A stretch of DNA of 60,645 nt. Origin: Nitrospiraceae bacterium. GTDB taxonomy: Bacteria; Nitrospirota; Nitrospiria; Nitrospirales; Nitrospiraceae. The notes beneath the pieces are model-generated. The model was not told the DNA's origin. It searched no databases and was given only the letters and a program-made list of their open reading frames with translations. The DNA lies in the NCBI GenBank assembly GCA_041487795.1, contig JBGPNZ010000001.1, forward strand, positions 1 through 60,645, in the 5' to 3' direction. Positions 1 through 8,898 of the stretch are shown one piece after another (position 1 is the first letter of the stretch; the number at the start of each line of letters is the position of its first letter). The translations under genes were made by a program, and so were the position numbers.

Positions 1-3
1 GAG

Positions 4-588
4 ATGGCCGAGGACAAGTCTTCGGCCATCTACGTCATCGAAGAGCCGCCTGGCAAGAAGGACATCCTGTATGGCGGGACGAAGTACTCGCTTCCCATGC
101 CGTGGATCTACTTCTTCGTCAAGGCGACCAAAGACGCGACCGTCTCGGCGTTCCACGCGATGTACATCCTCTTCTCGAAAACGCGGCTGGAGACGTTGGA
201 ACAAGAGACCCTTCTTGTCCCCTACCTCTCCAACCTCTTCAGGCATGGCGGGGTATGCATGAGCCACGTCACGGCGTACAAGGCCAAGACTCCGATGAAC
301 GTGGTGCGGCTTGCCATCGGATGGTTCTGGGACTCACCAGGGAACTATTTCTGGGACTTCACCAAGCCTCCGCCAGAACTTGCAGCAGGAGGTTCGGGCC
401 TTACGCAATGGCAGGCGATGTCCGTCGAAGAGGCGCTCAAGATCTCCTGGGATGTGCCGCGCTTCAAGTCGATCAAGGCCGCCATCAAGGGCCTGTCCTT
501 CAAGTACTACACCGAGAATTACTGGAGGGTGCGCGACACGAAGGACTGTGTGAATGATATGACGGGGGAAATCGGCAACCCCTTTTGA
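4..588 (+). CDS. E2/UBC-like protein, paralog 1 (putative Ubl-conjugating enzyme)
   Basis: 194-aa ORF. Shares two motifs with 1534-2346, 37280-37963 and 38859-39473: a P-W-x-Y strand (PMPWIYF) and an N-x(7-12)-G-x-(I/V)-C flap (YLSNLFRHGGVC), like the HPN...C active site of UBC enzymes. It ends 15 nt before the RT gene. Upstream context is cut by the window edge. Confidence 0.5.
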   Translation: MAEDKSSAIYVIEEPPGKKDILYGGTKYSLPMPWIYFFVKATKDATVSAFHAMYILFSKTRLETLEQETLLVPYLSNLFRHGGVCMSHVTAYKAKTPMNVVRLAIGWFWDSPGNYFWDFTKPPPELAAGGSGLTQWQAMSVEEALKISWDVPRFKSIKAAIKGLSFKYYTENYWRVRDTKDCVNDMTGEIGNPF

Positions 589-602
589 AAAGAGAGGGAT
601 AA

Positions 603-1532
603 ATGGATCTTTCGCTCTACAAGATCGCTCGTATCCCGAAGGCCAACGGGAAGATGCGAATCCTCCACATCCCGAGTCCTGAACTCAAGGAGAAGCAGCG
701 AGAGCTTCTCTTCAACGAGTATCGAACGGGAGTCGGGCCAGGGCCCTACGCAACAGGCTTCGTCCGCGGACGGTCTATCCTTGACCACGCCAAGCCTCAC
801 GTCGGGAAGAAGTTCGTCGTAGAAGTCGACATCAAGGACTTCTTTCATTCCGTCCGCCCTTGGCATCTCTACAACGCGTGGAAAAGGGAAGGATTGAAAT
901 CGTCCGAGATCCTCGTCCGAAAGATGGTCGTCCGTGATCGGGCCTGGCAAAGGATGATGCCGCCGATCGGGCTCTTGGACATCGCCTTCGTCTGGGCTGG
1001 AAAGAAATGCTTCCTTCCGCAAGGAAGCCCGCTTTCGCCCTATCTTGCCAACCTCGCCATGAAGGAGGCGGACTTCAGGATCGGGATGCTGCTCAAGTTC
1101 TTCTTCAAGCCGGCAGACAGGGCCGCCTTCACGCGCTATGCAGACAACATCGCTCTGTCTTCGGACTCCGAGAGGATCGTCATCGCGGCAAAGCACATCG
1201 TCGACAAGATTCTTCTGTCTCTCAAGTTCCGCGTGAACCACGCGAAGTTCAGGGTCATGCGGAAATCGGCAAGGCAGAAGATCTGCGGGATCGTGGTCAA
1301 CGAGAAGGCCACCCTCCCGAAAAGGAAGCGCCACGAGATCCGTGGTCGGGTGGAAAACCTCTTTAAGGACGCGAAGGCCGGCAAGGAGATCGGTCTCGCG
1401 GAATTCAAATACGTGGACGGTTATCTGGCTTACGCAATCGGCATCGACCCGGCATGGGCGAACCGATTCAAGGCCAAGATGGCCATTGTTCGTGACTATC
1501 TACAGGCAAAACAGCTGAAGGAGGAAGTTTGA
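603..1532 (+). CDS. Reverse transcriptase, retron/Abi-like type, with YADN in place of YADD
   Basis: RT motifs: IPKANGKMRILHIP (RT1), GFVRGRSILDHAKPH..DIKDFFHS (RT2/3), LPQGSPLSPYLANLAM (RT4), FTRYADNIALSS (RT5), ICGIVVNEK (retron-like VTG region). 309 aa, with a purine-rich RBS upstream. Confidence 0.9.
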   Translation: MDLSLYKIARIPKANGKMRILHIPSPELKEKQRELLFNEYRTGVGPGPYATGFVRGRSILDHAKPHVGKKFVVEVDIKDFFHSVRPWHLYNAWKREGLKSSEILVRKMVVRDRAWQRMMPPIGLLDIAFVWAGKKCFLPQGSPLSPYLANLAMKEADFRIGMLLKFFFKPADRAAFTRYADNIALSSDSERIVIAAKHIVDKILLSLKFRVNHAKFRVMRKSARQKICGIVVNEKATLPKRKRHEIRGRVENLFKDAKAGKEIGLAEFKYVDGYLAYAIGIDPAWANRFKAKMAIVRDYLQAKQLKEEV

Positions 1533-1533
1533 A

Positions 1534-2346
1534 ATGCGTAAACAAGTCATCGTGATCATGGACGGCAAGTACTACGCCATCGACGGCAACGTGGTGGCCT
1601 CGGGAAACGCCGCCGAGATCAAGAAGGAACTCGAGGACATGTCCCTCATCCCGCTCACCATCCTGCCGCATGAGGAGATCTCCTGCGCGGCCTTCGCGAG
1701 GGTGGACGAGCGCCGGTTCTTCCTGATGTACGCCCCTTCCAAGCGCCGCCGCATCATGTGGAAGAACAAGGCGACCGGCGAGCGAAAGGAGTTCATGGTG
1801 TGGTTCCCGCATCTCTACATCGGTCTCTTCTTCCGCAACGGCGCGATCGAGCATGGCCACGCCATGGTCTCGTCGAAGAAGATCAAGAGCCCGAAGGACA
1901 TGCTGAACCGTCTTCCCTTGCCGAACACGTCGGGGACGTTCGGCCACATCTGCGAAGGCGCCAAGGGAGCCTGGGACGTGACCGCGGACACCGGGGATAC
2001 GGCGTTTTCGTACATCAAGTACTTCCTGGACTCCGAGTACATCGCGGACATCAACGATCACTTCATGCAGGTGCCCAAGCTCTTCTGGCCCGCGAACTGG
2101 GACTTGGGGAAGAAGATCTACGAGGAGTACATCGAGACGGTGAACCAGGAGATTCTCGCTTCCTGGCAGCACTGCTCGGAAACCGATGTCGAAAGGGTGA
2201 AGGCGCTCGATTGGGGCGCCCGGTTCACGATCCCGGATCTTATCCGCGCCATCTGGGAGACCAGCCCCGATGGGCTTGGGCCCGCCGCCGGCCAGATCGT
2301 GAACAACATCCTCGGTCAAGTCCAGGTCGTCGGCGACGAACAGTAA
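1534..2346 (+). CDS. E2/UBC-like protein, paralog 2
   Basis: 270 aa. The WFPHLYIGLFF strand is followed by RLPLPNTSGTFGHICEG (PN-x8-C), the closest of the four paralogs to the E2 HPN..G.IC signature. The ATG lies 1 nt after the RT stop. Confidence 0.6.
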   Translation: MRKQVIVIMDGKYYAIDGNVVASGNAAEIKKELEDMSLIPLTILPHEEISCAAFARVDERRFFLMYAPSKRRRIMWKNKATGERKEFMVWFPHLYIGLFFRNGAIEHGHAMVSSKKIKSPKDMLNRLPLPNTSGTFGHICEGAKGAWDVTADTGDTAFSYIKYFLDSEYIADINDHFMQVPKLFWPANWDLGKKIYEEYIETVNQEILASWQHCSETDVERVKALDWGARFTIPDLIRAIWETSPDGLGPAAGQIVNNILGQVQVVGDEQ

Positions 2347-2356
2347 AGGAGAAGCC

Positions 2357-2626
2357 ATGGCAGCAAATGAAGAGGAGGGGAAGAAGTTCCAGAACGAGAT
2401 CTGGTTCCTTCTTACCACCAGGCACAAGAAGGTGAAGACGCCCATGCTCATGGATGTTCTTGAGAATCCGGAAGGCCACGGCATCAAGAACGTCTACCCC
2501 GAGATGATGAAAGTCATCCATCGGACGCTCCGCAGGCAGGGCTTCGTCGCCGACCTTCCCGACACGCGCATGTCCGATCGTCTTTTCAAGAAACTACATG
2601 AGAATGGAAAGGAGGAGCTTCTGTGA
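2357..2626 (+). CDS. hypothetical protein (89 aa) in the Ubl operon
   Basis: RBS AAGGAGA upstream of the ATG. Its stop overlaps the GTG start of the next gene (GTGA). No recognisable motif. Confidence 0.55.
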   Translation: MAANEEEGKKFQNEIWFLLTTRHKKVKTPMLMDVLENPEGHGIKNVYPEMMKVIHRTLRRQGFVADLPDTRMSDRLFKKLHENGKEELL

Positions 2627-4191
2627 CACGGTTCTTTGTCACCCCGGACGGCGTCTATGAGGAGTACGAGGATCAGCTCTTCAAGGGGCTGATCAAGGTG
2701 TCGTTCCCCATCCACAACTACGACAAGGATGCGGGGGACACCTTGGACATGTCGAACGAGAAGATCGAGGAGAAGATCAAGATCGTCTTCCCCAAGATCC
2801 CGATCAACCTGTTCCAGGAGGCGCTCGCGTTCCTGGAATGGTGCTACAAGGAGAAGCGGACGGAGGGATTCCTCACGTTCCATCTTCTCAACAACAAGTG
2901 GAGTCTGGGTTGCCCCGAACAGTGGAACGGGGCAACATCGGTGTGCTACCATCCTGAGCTCCGCGAAGAGAGAGGCGGGCTCGTGGGAGACATCCATTCC
3001 CATCCGAAGTTTTCGTCGAGTGCTCACTCGCATACGGACTCCCTTGACGAGCGGAAGAACGCAGGCCTCTTCATGGTCGTCAAGGACTTCTCCCTCATGA
3101 ACTGTGAACCCGACATCCGGGGCGTCGTCCGCGGCACGACGTTCCAGATCAAGCCGAAGTATGTCTTCTCGATGGCCGGCATCAAGGATGAGGCCAACCC
3201 CGATGATCCCGAAAAGGCGGTCATCTCCTTCCCCGATGAATGGAAGGAAAGGGTGCATGTTGCTCCCTGCGAGCAGTGCAAAAGGGTCAAGGACGCAGGA
3301 GAGAAGAACGTCAAGGAGACAAAGGAGAAGGAGGAGAAGGAGAAGAGGCTGATCCCCAAGCGTCTCCTCGAAGCCTGGCGGAAGTCCCTCGACGGGAAGC
3401 CCTTCGGCGCCGAAATCATCGACTACCACGATCGGTGGGCCAAGGATTCGAAGTACAACGGGCACCTCGTCTGCCCGAACTACGGCTGCGGAAAGTTCGT
3501 CCGCAATCTCGAGTGCCCCGAATGCAAGAAGACCCTCACGCTGTACGAGGTCGCCAAGATGTTCGCCGAGCTCATCGATGAGACCGACTGCTTCGCGGAA
3601 ATGAAGGGCGATCTCAAGAAGCTCGAGGCGATCGCCGAGTTCTTCGAGAAACAGGCTGCTGGCAGCACGGCCACGGGTACGAGCAGCACGCCTGCGCATG
3701 ATCACGCGCATGATCACGACACCAAGAGGATCATCGTGCGGCCCGCAGCCAAGGATCCGGATGATACCGACATCATCCTCATCGTGGACGGGGACAAGTG
3801 CGAGGAGGACTGCCGCTTCAGGAAAGAGCAGATCTCCCACCAGCACATCCCCAACAAGAGCCAGCCGATCGTCGGACAGGAGCCGTGCCAGGACAAGGAA
3901 TGCGCCGAAATGGGGCATGTCCTCATCATGTGTAAGAACGTGTCCGCCGCAAAGGCGGCGCGTGCCGCGGAAATGAAAGATCAGGAGGCGGTCGCCGCCG
4001 CGTCGGCCAGGGAGGCCAGTGATGATCTTCCGCGGATGATTTACCCCGTCGAGTGCAGCGCCTCGTGCAACCTCGCCGGACAGCCGCACACCCATGGGCC
4101 TCGTCCGACGACGGAAGAGGCGCCGGCGAAAGTCGAGGAGACGAAGGCGACTCCCGCAACAGAACCCAACGACATGGTTGGGTGGGAATGA
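2623..4191 (+). CDS. JAB/MPN (JAMM) metallopeptidase with zinc-ribbon and low-complexity C-terminal region
   Basis: JAMM-like motif DIHSHPKFSSSAHSHTD with upstream Glu residues. CxxC pairs (CEQCKR; CPNYGCG...CPECKK). His/Asp-rich stretch HDHAHDHD. 522 aa. Confidence 0.75.
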   Translation: MTRFFVTPDGVYEEYEDQLFKGLIKVSFPIHNYDKDAGDTLDMSNEKIEEKIKIVFPKIPINLFQEALAFLEWCYKEKRTEGFLTFHLLNNKWSLGCPEQWNGATSVCYHPELREERGGLVGDIHSHPKFSSSAHSHTDSLDERKNAGLFMVVKDFSLMNCEPDIRGVVRGTTFQIKPKYVFSMAGIKDEANPDDPEKAVISFPDEWKERVHVAPCEQCKRVKDAGEKNVKETKEKEEKEKRLIPKRLLEAWRKSLDGKPFGAEIIDYHDRWAKDSKYNGHLVCPNYGCGKFVRNLECPECKKTLTLYEVAKMFAELIDETDCFAEMKGDLKKLEAIAEFFEKQAAGSTATGTSSTPAHDHAHDHDTKRIIVRPAAKDPDDTDIILIVDGDKCEEDCRFRKEQISHQHIPNKSQPIVGQEPCQDKECAEMGHVLIMCKNVSAAKAARAAEMKDQEAVAAASAREASDDLPRMIYPVECSASCNLAGQPHTHGPRPTTEEAPAKVEETKATPATEPNDMVGWE

Positions 4192-4223
4192 TTTGAAACA
4201 TCTTTTTTCAAGAAAGGAGGCTG

Positions 4224-4967
4224 ATGGAAGGGACATTCGTAAGAACCGTGGTCGTAGGTTGTGGCGGTGTCTTTTCACGCCTGGCGCTCATCCTGGCCGA
4301 GAACTCGTTCTGCATGAAGGACGCTCCGAAAGAGATCCTTCTCGCGGACGGTGACGAGGTCGAGGCGAAGAACCTCGCGAGGCAGAGCTTTCTGCCGCAG
4401 GACATCAAGCGCAAGAAGGCGGAGGTTTGGGCGGATAGACTCGGGAAGCGGTTCCCCGATCTCAATGTCCGTCCCATGCCCGAGTTCGTCACTTCGAAGA
4501 ACATCGCCACGGTCATCCAGGACGGATCCATCGTGCTGTCGGCGGTGGACAACAACGCGACAAGGCTTCTCCTTTCCCAGCACGTGCAGACGCTCGGGAA
4601 TGCCATCCTCATCTCGGGTGGCAACGAGCTCACGGACGGGAACGTGCAGCTCTTCATCCGCCTGAAGGGCGATTCGAGAAATGCTCCCATCGAGGAGGTG
4701 CACGAGGAGTTCAAGAATCCCAAGGACAAGAATCCGGGGGACATCTCCTGCGAGGAACGGCTGGCCCTTCCCGGGGGCGAGCAGCTCGCGGAGACCAATA
4801 TGGCGGTCGCGCTCTACATGGCGCGTTTCTTCAGAACGATCATCACGGCTCTCGGGAAGCCTGAGGAATGGAAGGAGGTGGAAAGAGGGAAGTTGTTCGC
4901 GGAAGTGCAGTTCGACCTCGCGGACTTCACGAGCTGTGGATACAAGCGAGGGGCAGTACTCAGGTGA
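4224..4967 (+). CDS. ThiF/MoeB-type E1-like adenylating enzyme
   Basis: VVVGCGGVFSRLALILAE (GxGxxG Rossmann), LADGDEVEAKNLARQ (DxD..NLxRQ), AVDNNATR. At 247 aa it matches stand-alone ThiF/PRTRC-type E1-like proteins. RBS AAAGGAGG. Confidence 0.8.
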   Translation: MEGTFVRTVVVGCGGVFSRLALILAENSFCMKDAPKEILLADGDEVEAKNLARQSFLPQDIKRKKAEVWADRLGKRFPDLNVRPMPEFVTSKNIATVIQDGSIVLSAVDNNATRLLLSQHVQTLGNAILISGGNELTDGNVQLFIRLKGDSRNAPIEEVHEEFKNPKDKNPGDISCEERLALPGGEQLAETNMAVALYMARFFRTIITALGKPEEWKEVERGKLFAEVQFDLADFTSCGYKRGAVLR

Positions 4968-5024
4968 GGTAACACACGTGCAGTACGTTTACTTTCTTTT
5001 CCATCCTTAATTGGAGGAGGTTCC

Positions 5025-5273
5025 ATGGCCGCACAGATCCGTTCCGGCCCCCGCGTGACGCCGATGGGCGACTCGTACAAGGGGAAGACCATCGTCGGGA
5101 AGTCGGTGCGTGAGCTGCGCCAGTGGCTCGAGCACGATCTCCAGATCCCCGAGGGGGCGGAGGCCCGTGTCTCGACCGACGGCGGCGAGACGTCCAAGCG
5201 CGTGGCGGAGGATCACATCCTCGACCACGGTCAGCTGCTCGAGTTCACGCGTCCCGCGGGGACGAAGGGCTAG
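5025..5273 (+). CDS. small beta-grasp ubiquitin-like protein (ThiS/MoaD/Prok_Ub-like) ending in Gly
   Basis: 82 aa. Pattern ..GKSVRELRQWL...ILDHGQLLEFTRPAGTKG-stop. Strong RBS GGAGGAGGTTCC. It sits directly after the E1-like gene and is followed by a GC-rich hairpin. Confidence 0.6.
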   Translation: MAAQIRSGPRVTPMGDSYKGKTIVGKSVRELRQWLEHDLQIPEGAEARVSTDGGETSKRVAEDHILDHGQLLEFTRPAGTKG

Positions 5274-5295
5274 AGCCGGGTTGAAGTGAGGTAAA

Positions 5296-5341
5296 GGGGA
5301 GGGGGGCGGGAGGAGGTTCCAATCCCCGCCCCCCTCTTTCC
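5296..5341 (+). terminator. GC-rich hairpin closing the Ubl operon (weak intrinsic terminator)
   Basis: 12-bp stem GAGGGGGGCGGG / CCCGCCCCCCTC (5299-5310 / 5325-5336) followed by only TTT. The loop contains GGAGGTTCC. Confidence 0.45.
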
Positions 5342-5390
5342 ACACGTGTCACTAGGAACTCTATCTGTTGGCAGACGGAGAGTCAAGAAA

Positions 5391-5939
5391 ATGCCGATTG
5401 TTATTGGGGTCAAGAAGCCGGACAAGGCCATCCCGATCTACACGGCGAAAAAGGCCGCCGAGCTTCTCAAGGAAATCCGCGAAGAAGAGGATGAGGTCTT
5501 CTGCTGCATCTACCTCAATCCCGATCTTGAAATCACCGGTTTTGGCCCAGTGGCCGTAGGCTCGCTCATGTCCGTATCCATCGAGCCCAAGAACGTTTTC
5601 CGGTTCCCGTTCACGGACAAGTGGACGAAGTTCGTGATCATCGCCCACAACCATCCTGGACAACGGGAACCCAGGCCCAGCTCGAAAGACGAGGACAAGA
5701 CGTACGAGTTGACCGCGGCGGGGCGCATCACCGGGTTCCCGATCGTCGATGCACTCATCATCGGCCTTGAGGGGTACTACTCCTTCATGGAGCATGGGAA
5801 GATCTGGATTAAGGGAGATTCCTATCGCGAGAAGATGAAGGAGGAAGAAGACAAGGTCGGCGAGAACAAGCACAAGGGATCCACGCGTGCGAAGCGCGAT
5901 GAACTGCGCCCGTACCCGATGGTCTTCAGACGATCTTAG
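5391..5939 (+). CDS. radC: RadC-like JAB domain protein
   Basis: AHNHPGQREPRPSSKDEDKT matches the RadC/DUF2466 signature HNHPSG..PS..D..T. Start taken at ATG 5391; the open frame reaches 5346. Confidence 0.75.
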   Translation: MPIVIGVKKPDKAIPIYTAKKAAELLKEIREEEDEVFCCIYLNPDLEITGFGPVAVGSLMSVSIEPKNVFRFPFTDKWTKFVIIAHNHPGQREPRPSSKDEDKTYELTAAGRITGFPIVDALIIGLEGYYSFMEHGKIWIKGDSYREKMKEEEDKVGENKHKGSTRAKRDELRPYPMVFRRS

Positions 5940-5983
5940 CGAGGTCGGTAGGGCCCGTATTCGCCGACAGGCGGATATGGGCC

Positions 5984-6532
5984 CTACTTCCTGCCGGGAT
6001 GGCCGAAGAAGTAGTGTTCGATGACGGGCTTGGGCTCGTTCGTGTTATGCGACGTCTTCCCATACCAGCAATAGGCTTTGGGAAGGTACTTGACCTTCGC
6101 GTCCGCCCTGTTGAGGACATGCTTCTCGAGAACCAGATCCTCGGAAGCGATCGGGAGCTCGTCCGTCATCCCAGACCACACGCGGGTGAGCAGCCTCCCG
6201 ATGTCGTTGTTGCGGACGAAGATCGTGCCGCCCCAGACCGATCCCTTGTCGCTCCTGTGGACGGCGATGTCGAACCCCGTCTCGGTTTCAAAGAAGCTAA
6301 GAGGCTGGTGGACTTTGGCGTCGCAGTCGAGATAGAGGATGTTGTGGGTCGGATACAGATAGAGCATCCTGTTCACGAAGCTGGGTTTGATCCGGCAGTT
6401 CTTGAGCCAGGCTCCGCGATCGGGGATCTCCTCGACGTGATGGCCCATGTCGAGCGCACGGAGGGACTGCGTCAGAACCGTGGCGGCGTCACGGTACCTG
6501 GCGTTAGTGTAGAACGAGACTACTTTGAGCAT
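5984..6532 (-). CDS. putative nucleotide-sugar glycosyltransferase (GT-A-like)
   Basis: 182 aa. LYLDCD (DxD) in a GT8-like/nucleotide-diphospho-sugar transferase layout. Overlaps the 3' end of the SNF2 gene by 29 nt. Confidence 0.5.
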   Translation of the reverse strand: MLKVVSFYTNARYRDAATVLTQSLRALDMGHHVEEIPDRGAWLKNCRIKPSFVNRMLYLYPTHNILYLDCDAKVHQPLSFFETETGFDIAVHRSDKGSVWGGTIFVRNNDIGRLLTRVWSGMTDELPIASEDLVLEKHVLNRADAKVKYLPKAYCWYGKTSHNTNEPKPVIEHYFFGHPGRK

Positions 6533-8225
6533 CGGCCATCCTGATCAAATCGGCTTCCTTCATCCGTTTCCCGAAGAGGTACTCCACAAGATCCTTGTGC
6601 TGCTTGAAGCTGTTGACGAGATATTCGTCGATCGAGTTCTTGAGCGCGACGTCCACGTAGAGGACGGCGTTCTTCTGGCCCTTGCGGTGGAGGCGTCCTT
6701 CCGCCTGGGAGCGGACGCCATAAGACCACCAGTTGTTGATAAAGCCGCAGGTACTCGACATCTGAAGGTTAAGGCCGAATCCTCCCTTTTGAACCTGGGA
6801 GAGGAAGAAATCGGCATTGCCCTTCACGAAGAGCTCGCGTGCGTTTTCGGCGTGTTCTGCCGGCATGCGTCCATGGTAGGAGACCGCATGGAAGCCGGCC
6901 TTTCCAAGCAGCTTCTCCATCACCCAGAGGTCTTCCACGAAGCGGGAGAAGATCACGACCTTCTGCCCGCGGGTCTCCTCGGAAAGATCCAGTACCGCGT
7001 CGCCCTTGGCGTTGTCCTTGAAGTAGATGACATCGCCCTCGGCGTTCTTCGTCCAGCCCATGCCGATCTGCTGGACTCGGGTGATCCGGGACATCGCATT
7101 CTTGATGAGGACGAACTGCTGAGTAGAAGTCTCCGCGCCCTTCTTGACGGCTTCCACGGCGAAGTGGAACTCGTCCATCGCGCGGTCGATGGCCTCCTTC
7201 TGGTCGCCCACCGGTTCGACCCAGCGCACGGAATAGCTTTTAGGCGGCAGATCCGTAAGAACTTCTTCCTTCCGAACGCTCATGCCCGCGTAGCCCATCA
7301 GCTCCTTGAGCTCGGGCTTCATCTCCTCCTTGACCTCCTTGGGCGTCTTGCCTTTGGGGTCGAACTCCATGTACCGTTCGGCAAAGCGCATGAAGGAAGG
7401 GCTCGAGTACATCTCGCCCAGGAACCTCATCTGCGACCAGAAGTCAGTGACGTTCGAGATGAACGGCGTCCCGTTCAGGGCCACCACGTACTCGGCCCTG
7501 TCGGCGATGGCAATCGCCGCCCGAGTCCTCTGGGCGGCCTTGTTCTTGATGAAGCCCGTCTCGTCCCCAATGACGAAGTCGAACTTGTAGTCGAGGAACT
7601 CTTCTTCCATCCGTCGAGCCACGTCCCAGGACATGATCCCGAACGTGAGCCGGATCGGGTTGGGCTTCTTCCACTCTTCGAGCAGTCTCGAGCGGCGCTT
7701 CTTCGCTCCCTTGATCTCGATCACTTTCGGGATCACCGTGAGGTGCTTTTCCATTTCCTCGATCCAAGTCGACGTCAGGGAAAGCGGACACAGGATGAGC
7801 ACCTTGCTCTTCCCTTCGAACTTGAAGAGCTCCTCGGCCACCCAGAGGGCTCCGTAGGTCTTTCCGACGCCGACATCCCACCAGAGGCCGTTCCGCTTCA
7901 TGTAGCGGATGCGATTCTGGCCGATCTCCTGATGGGTCATCGCCTCGTTCTTGAGAGCGACCGTCTGGCCGTTCGGAGAGATGCACTGCTCGGAGAGAAG
8001 GATCTTATGGCGAAGTTTGGCGAGCCACGCTTCGACTTCCGAGATATCGTCCCCGGGCTGGTGGGGAGAGTTGATGGCCGAAAGAGCGACCAGGACGCTC
8101 GCCGGCACGATCCAGGCCTTTCGGATCTTATCCCAATGGGCACCTAGCGTCCGTACTTCTTCGTTCCTTTCGACAGGGAGATCCCTGAAGACGAAAGTGT
8201 TCCCAAAGTCGACGTAAACCCGCAC
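6504..8225 (-). CDS. SNF2-family helicase/ATPase
   Basis: DVGVGKTYGA (Walker A), VIGDETGFIKN (DExx), ALNGTPFISN (III), GGFGLNLQ and QAEGRLHRKGQ (V/VI). 573 aa. Confidence 0.9.
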   Translation of the reverse strand: MRVYVDFGNTFVFRDLPVERNEEVRTLGAHWDKIRKAWIVPASVLVALSAINSPHQPGDDISEVEAWLAKLRHKILLSEQCISPNGQTVALKNEAMTHQEIGQNRIRYMKRNGLWWDVGVGKTYGALWVAEELFKFEGKSKVLILCPLSLTSTWIEEMEKHLTVIPKVIEIKGAKKRRSRLLEEWKKPNPIRLTFGIMSWDVARRMEEEFLDYKFDFVIGDETGFIKNKAAQRTRAAIAIADRAEYVVALNGTPFISNVTDFWSQMRFLGEMYSSPSFMRFAERYMEFDPKGKTPKEVKEEMKPELKELMGYAGMSVRKEEVLTDLPPKSYSVRWVEPVGDQKEAIDRAMDEFHFAVEAVKKGAETSTQQFVLIKNAMSRITRVQQIGMGWTKNAEGDVIYFKDNAKGDAVLDLSEETRGQKVVIFSRFVEDLWVMEKLLGKAGFHAVSYHGRMPAEHAENARELFVKGNADFFLSQVQKGGFGLNLQMSSTCGFINNWWSYGVRSQAEGRLHRKGQKNAVLYVDVALKNSIDEYLVNSFKQHKDLVEYLFGKRMKEADLIRMADAQSSLVLH

Positions 8226-8296
8226 GTCTCAAGGATACCCGAGTTGAGGCCTCCGTACAACCATCAACATTAAAGAAAGTAAAAAGGAGAGAATCC

Positions 8297-8890
8297 ATGG
8301 ATGCCAGCGATTTCATGCTCGAAGATACCAGGGAAGAGAAAGAACGCCGTGCCCTGAAGAAGGGCATTGAAGGCGTGAAACAGGTTGCCTACGAGATCCT
8401 GGGCCGGGCGAACGGTCTCTACAAGCGAGCGGCCAGGGAGAACGACCCGAGTCCCACGATCGTGGGGAAGGCGATCGCCTACCTCACCTGCTTCATCGAC
8501 CTGGCCAAAGTGCTCGGGATTCCCGCGACATACTACCAGAAGACGGTCGGGGAACTCTACGAGCGCCTGGGAGCCTTGATGACCAAGGTCGAGGAGAACT
8601 CAAAGACGACCATCGTGCAGCACCGGCGTGATCCCGAAGGGATCAAGGTCGAGGCGGAACGTGTGGAAGTCGAGAAGAAGAAACTTGAGCTCAGGGAGAT
8701 CAAGGTGGAACGCGAGGCCAATCCCGCTCCCGCGCCGGCATCCAGCAATAACACCGCCATGATCGAAGACATGGTTGGATACTTGAAGGGTCTCGGGTAC
8801 GATAAGAGCGAAGCACGCAAGCGGGCGGAAATGGCCTACCAACCCGGCGTCAGGATCGAGGAACTCGTCGCAGCCGCCTGCCGCTTGTAG
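8297..8890 (+). CDS. hypothetical protein with C-terminal RuvA-domain-III/UBA-like helical module
   Basis: 197 aa, RBS AAAGGAGAG. The C-terminal MVGYLKGLGYDKSEARKRAEMAY looks like a small three-helix module. Confidence 0.5.
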   Translation: MDASDFMLEDTREEKERRALKKGIEGVKQVAYEILGRANGLYKRAARENDPSPTIVGKAIAYLTCFIDLAKVLGIPATYYQKTVGELYERLGALMTKVEENSKTTIVQHRRDPEGIKVEAERVEVEKKKLELREIKVEREANPAPAPASSNNTAMIEDMVGYLKGLGYDKSEARKRAEMAYQPGVRIEELVAAACRL

Positions 8891-8898
8891 GAGGTAGA

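Noticed and set aside
589-1540. A retron msr/msd ncRNA or a DGR template/variable repeat pair next to the RT.
   Set aside because: Intergenic spaces flanking the RT are only 14 nt and 1 nt. I saw no long inverted repeats (a1/a2) and no ~100-nt near-identical TR/VR pair nearby. A distant template cannot be excluded.
2494-4278. A 594-aa ORF on the minus strand. Similar long antisense ORFs occur at 519-1334(-), 1468-2487(-), 6525-8147(+), 9648-11078(-), 17249-19474(+), 19781-22021(+), 24015-25691(-), 27172-29109(-), 51121-51888(+), 52060-53124(-) and 57047-58282(-).
   Set aside because: Each lies antisense to a gene with clear catalytic motifs and an RBS. Their translations are Arg/Gly/Pro/Leu-rich low-complexity strings without motifs, as expected from GC-rich DNA lacking stop codons in the antisense frames.
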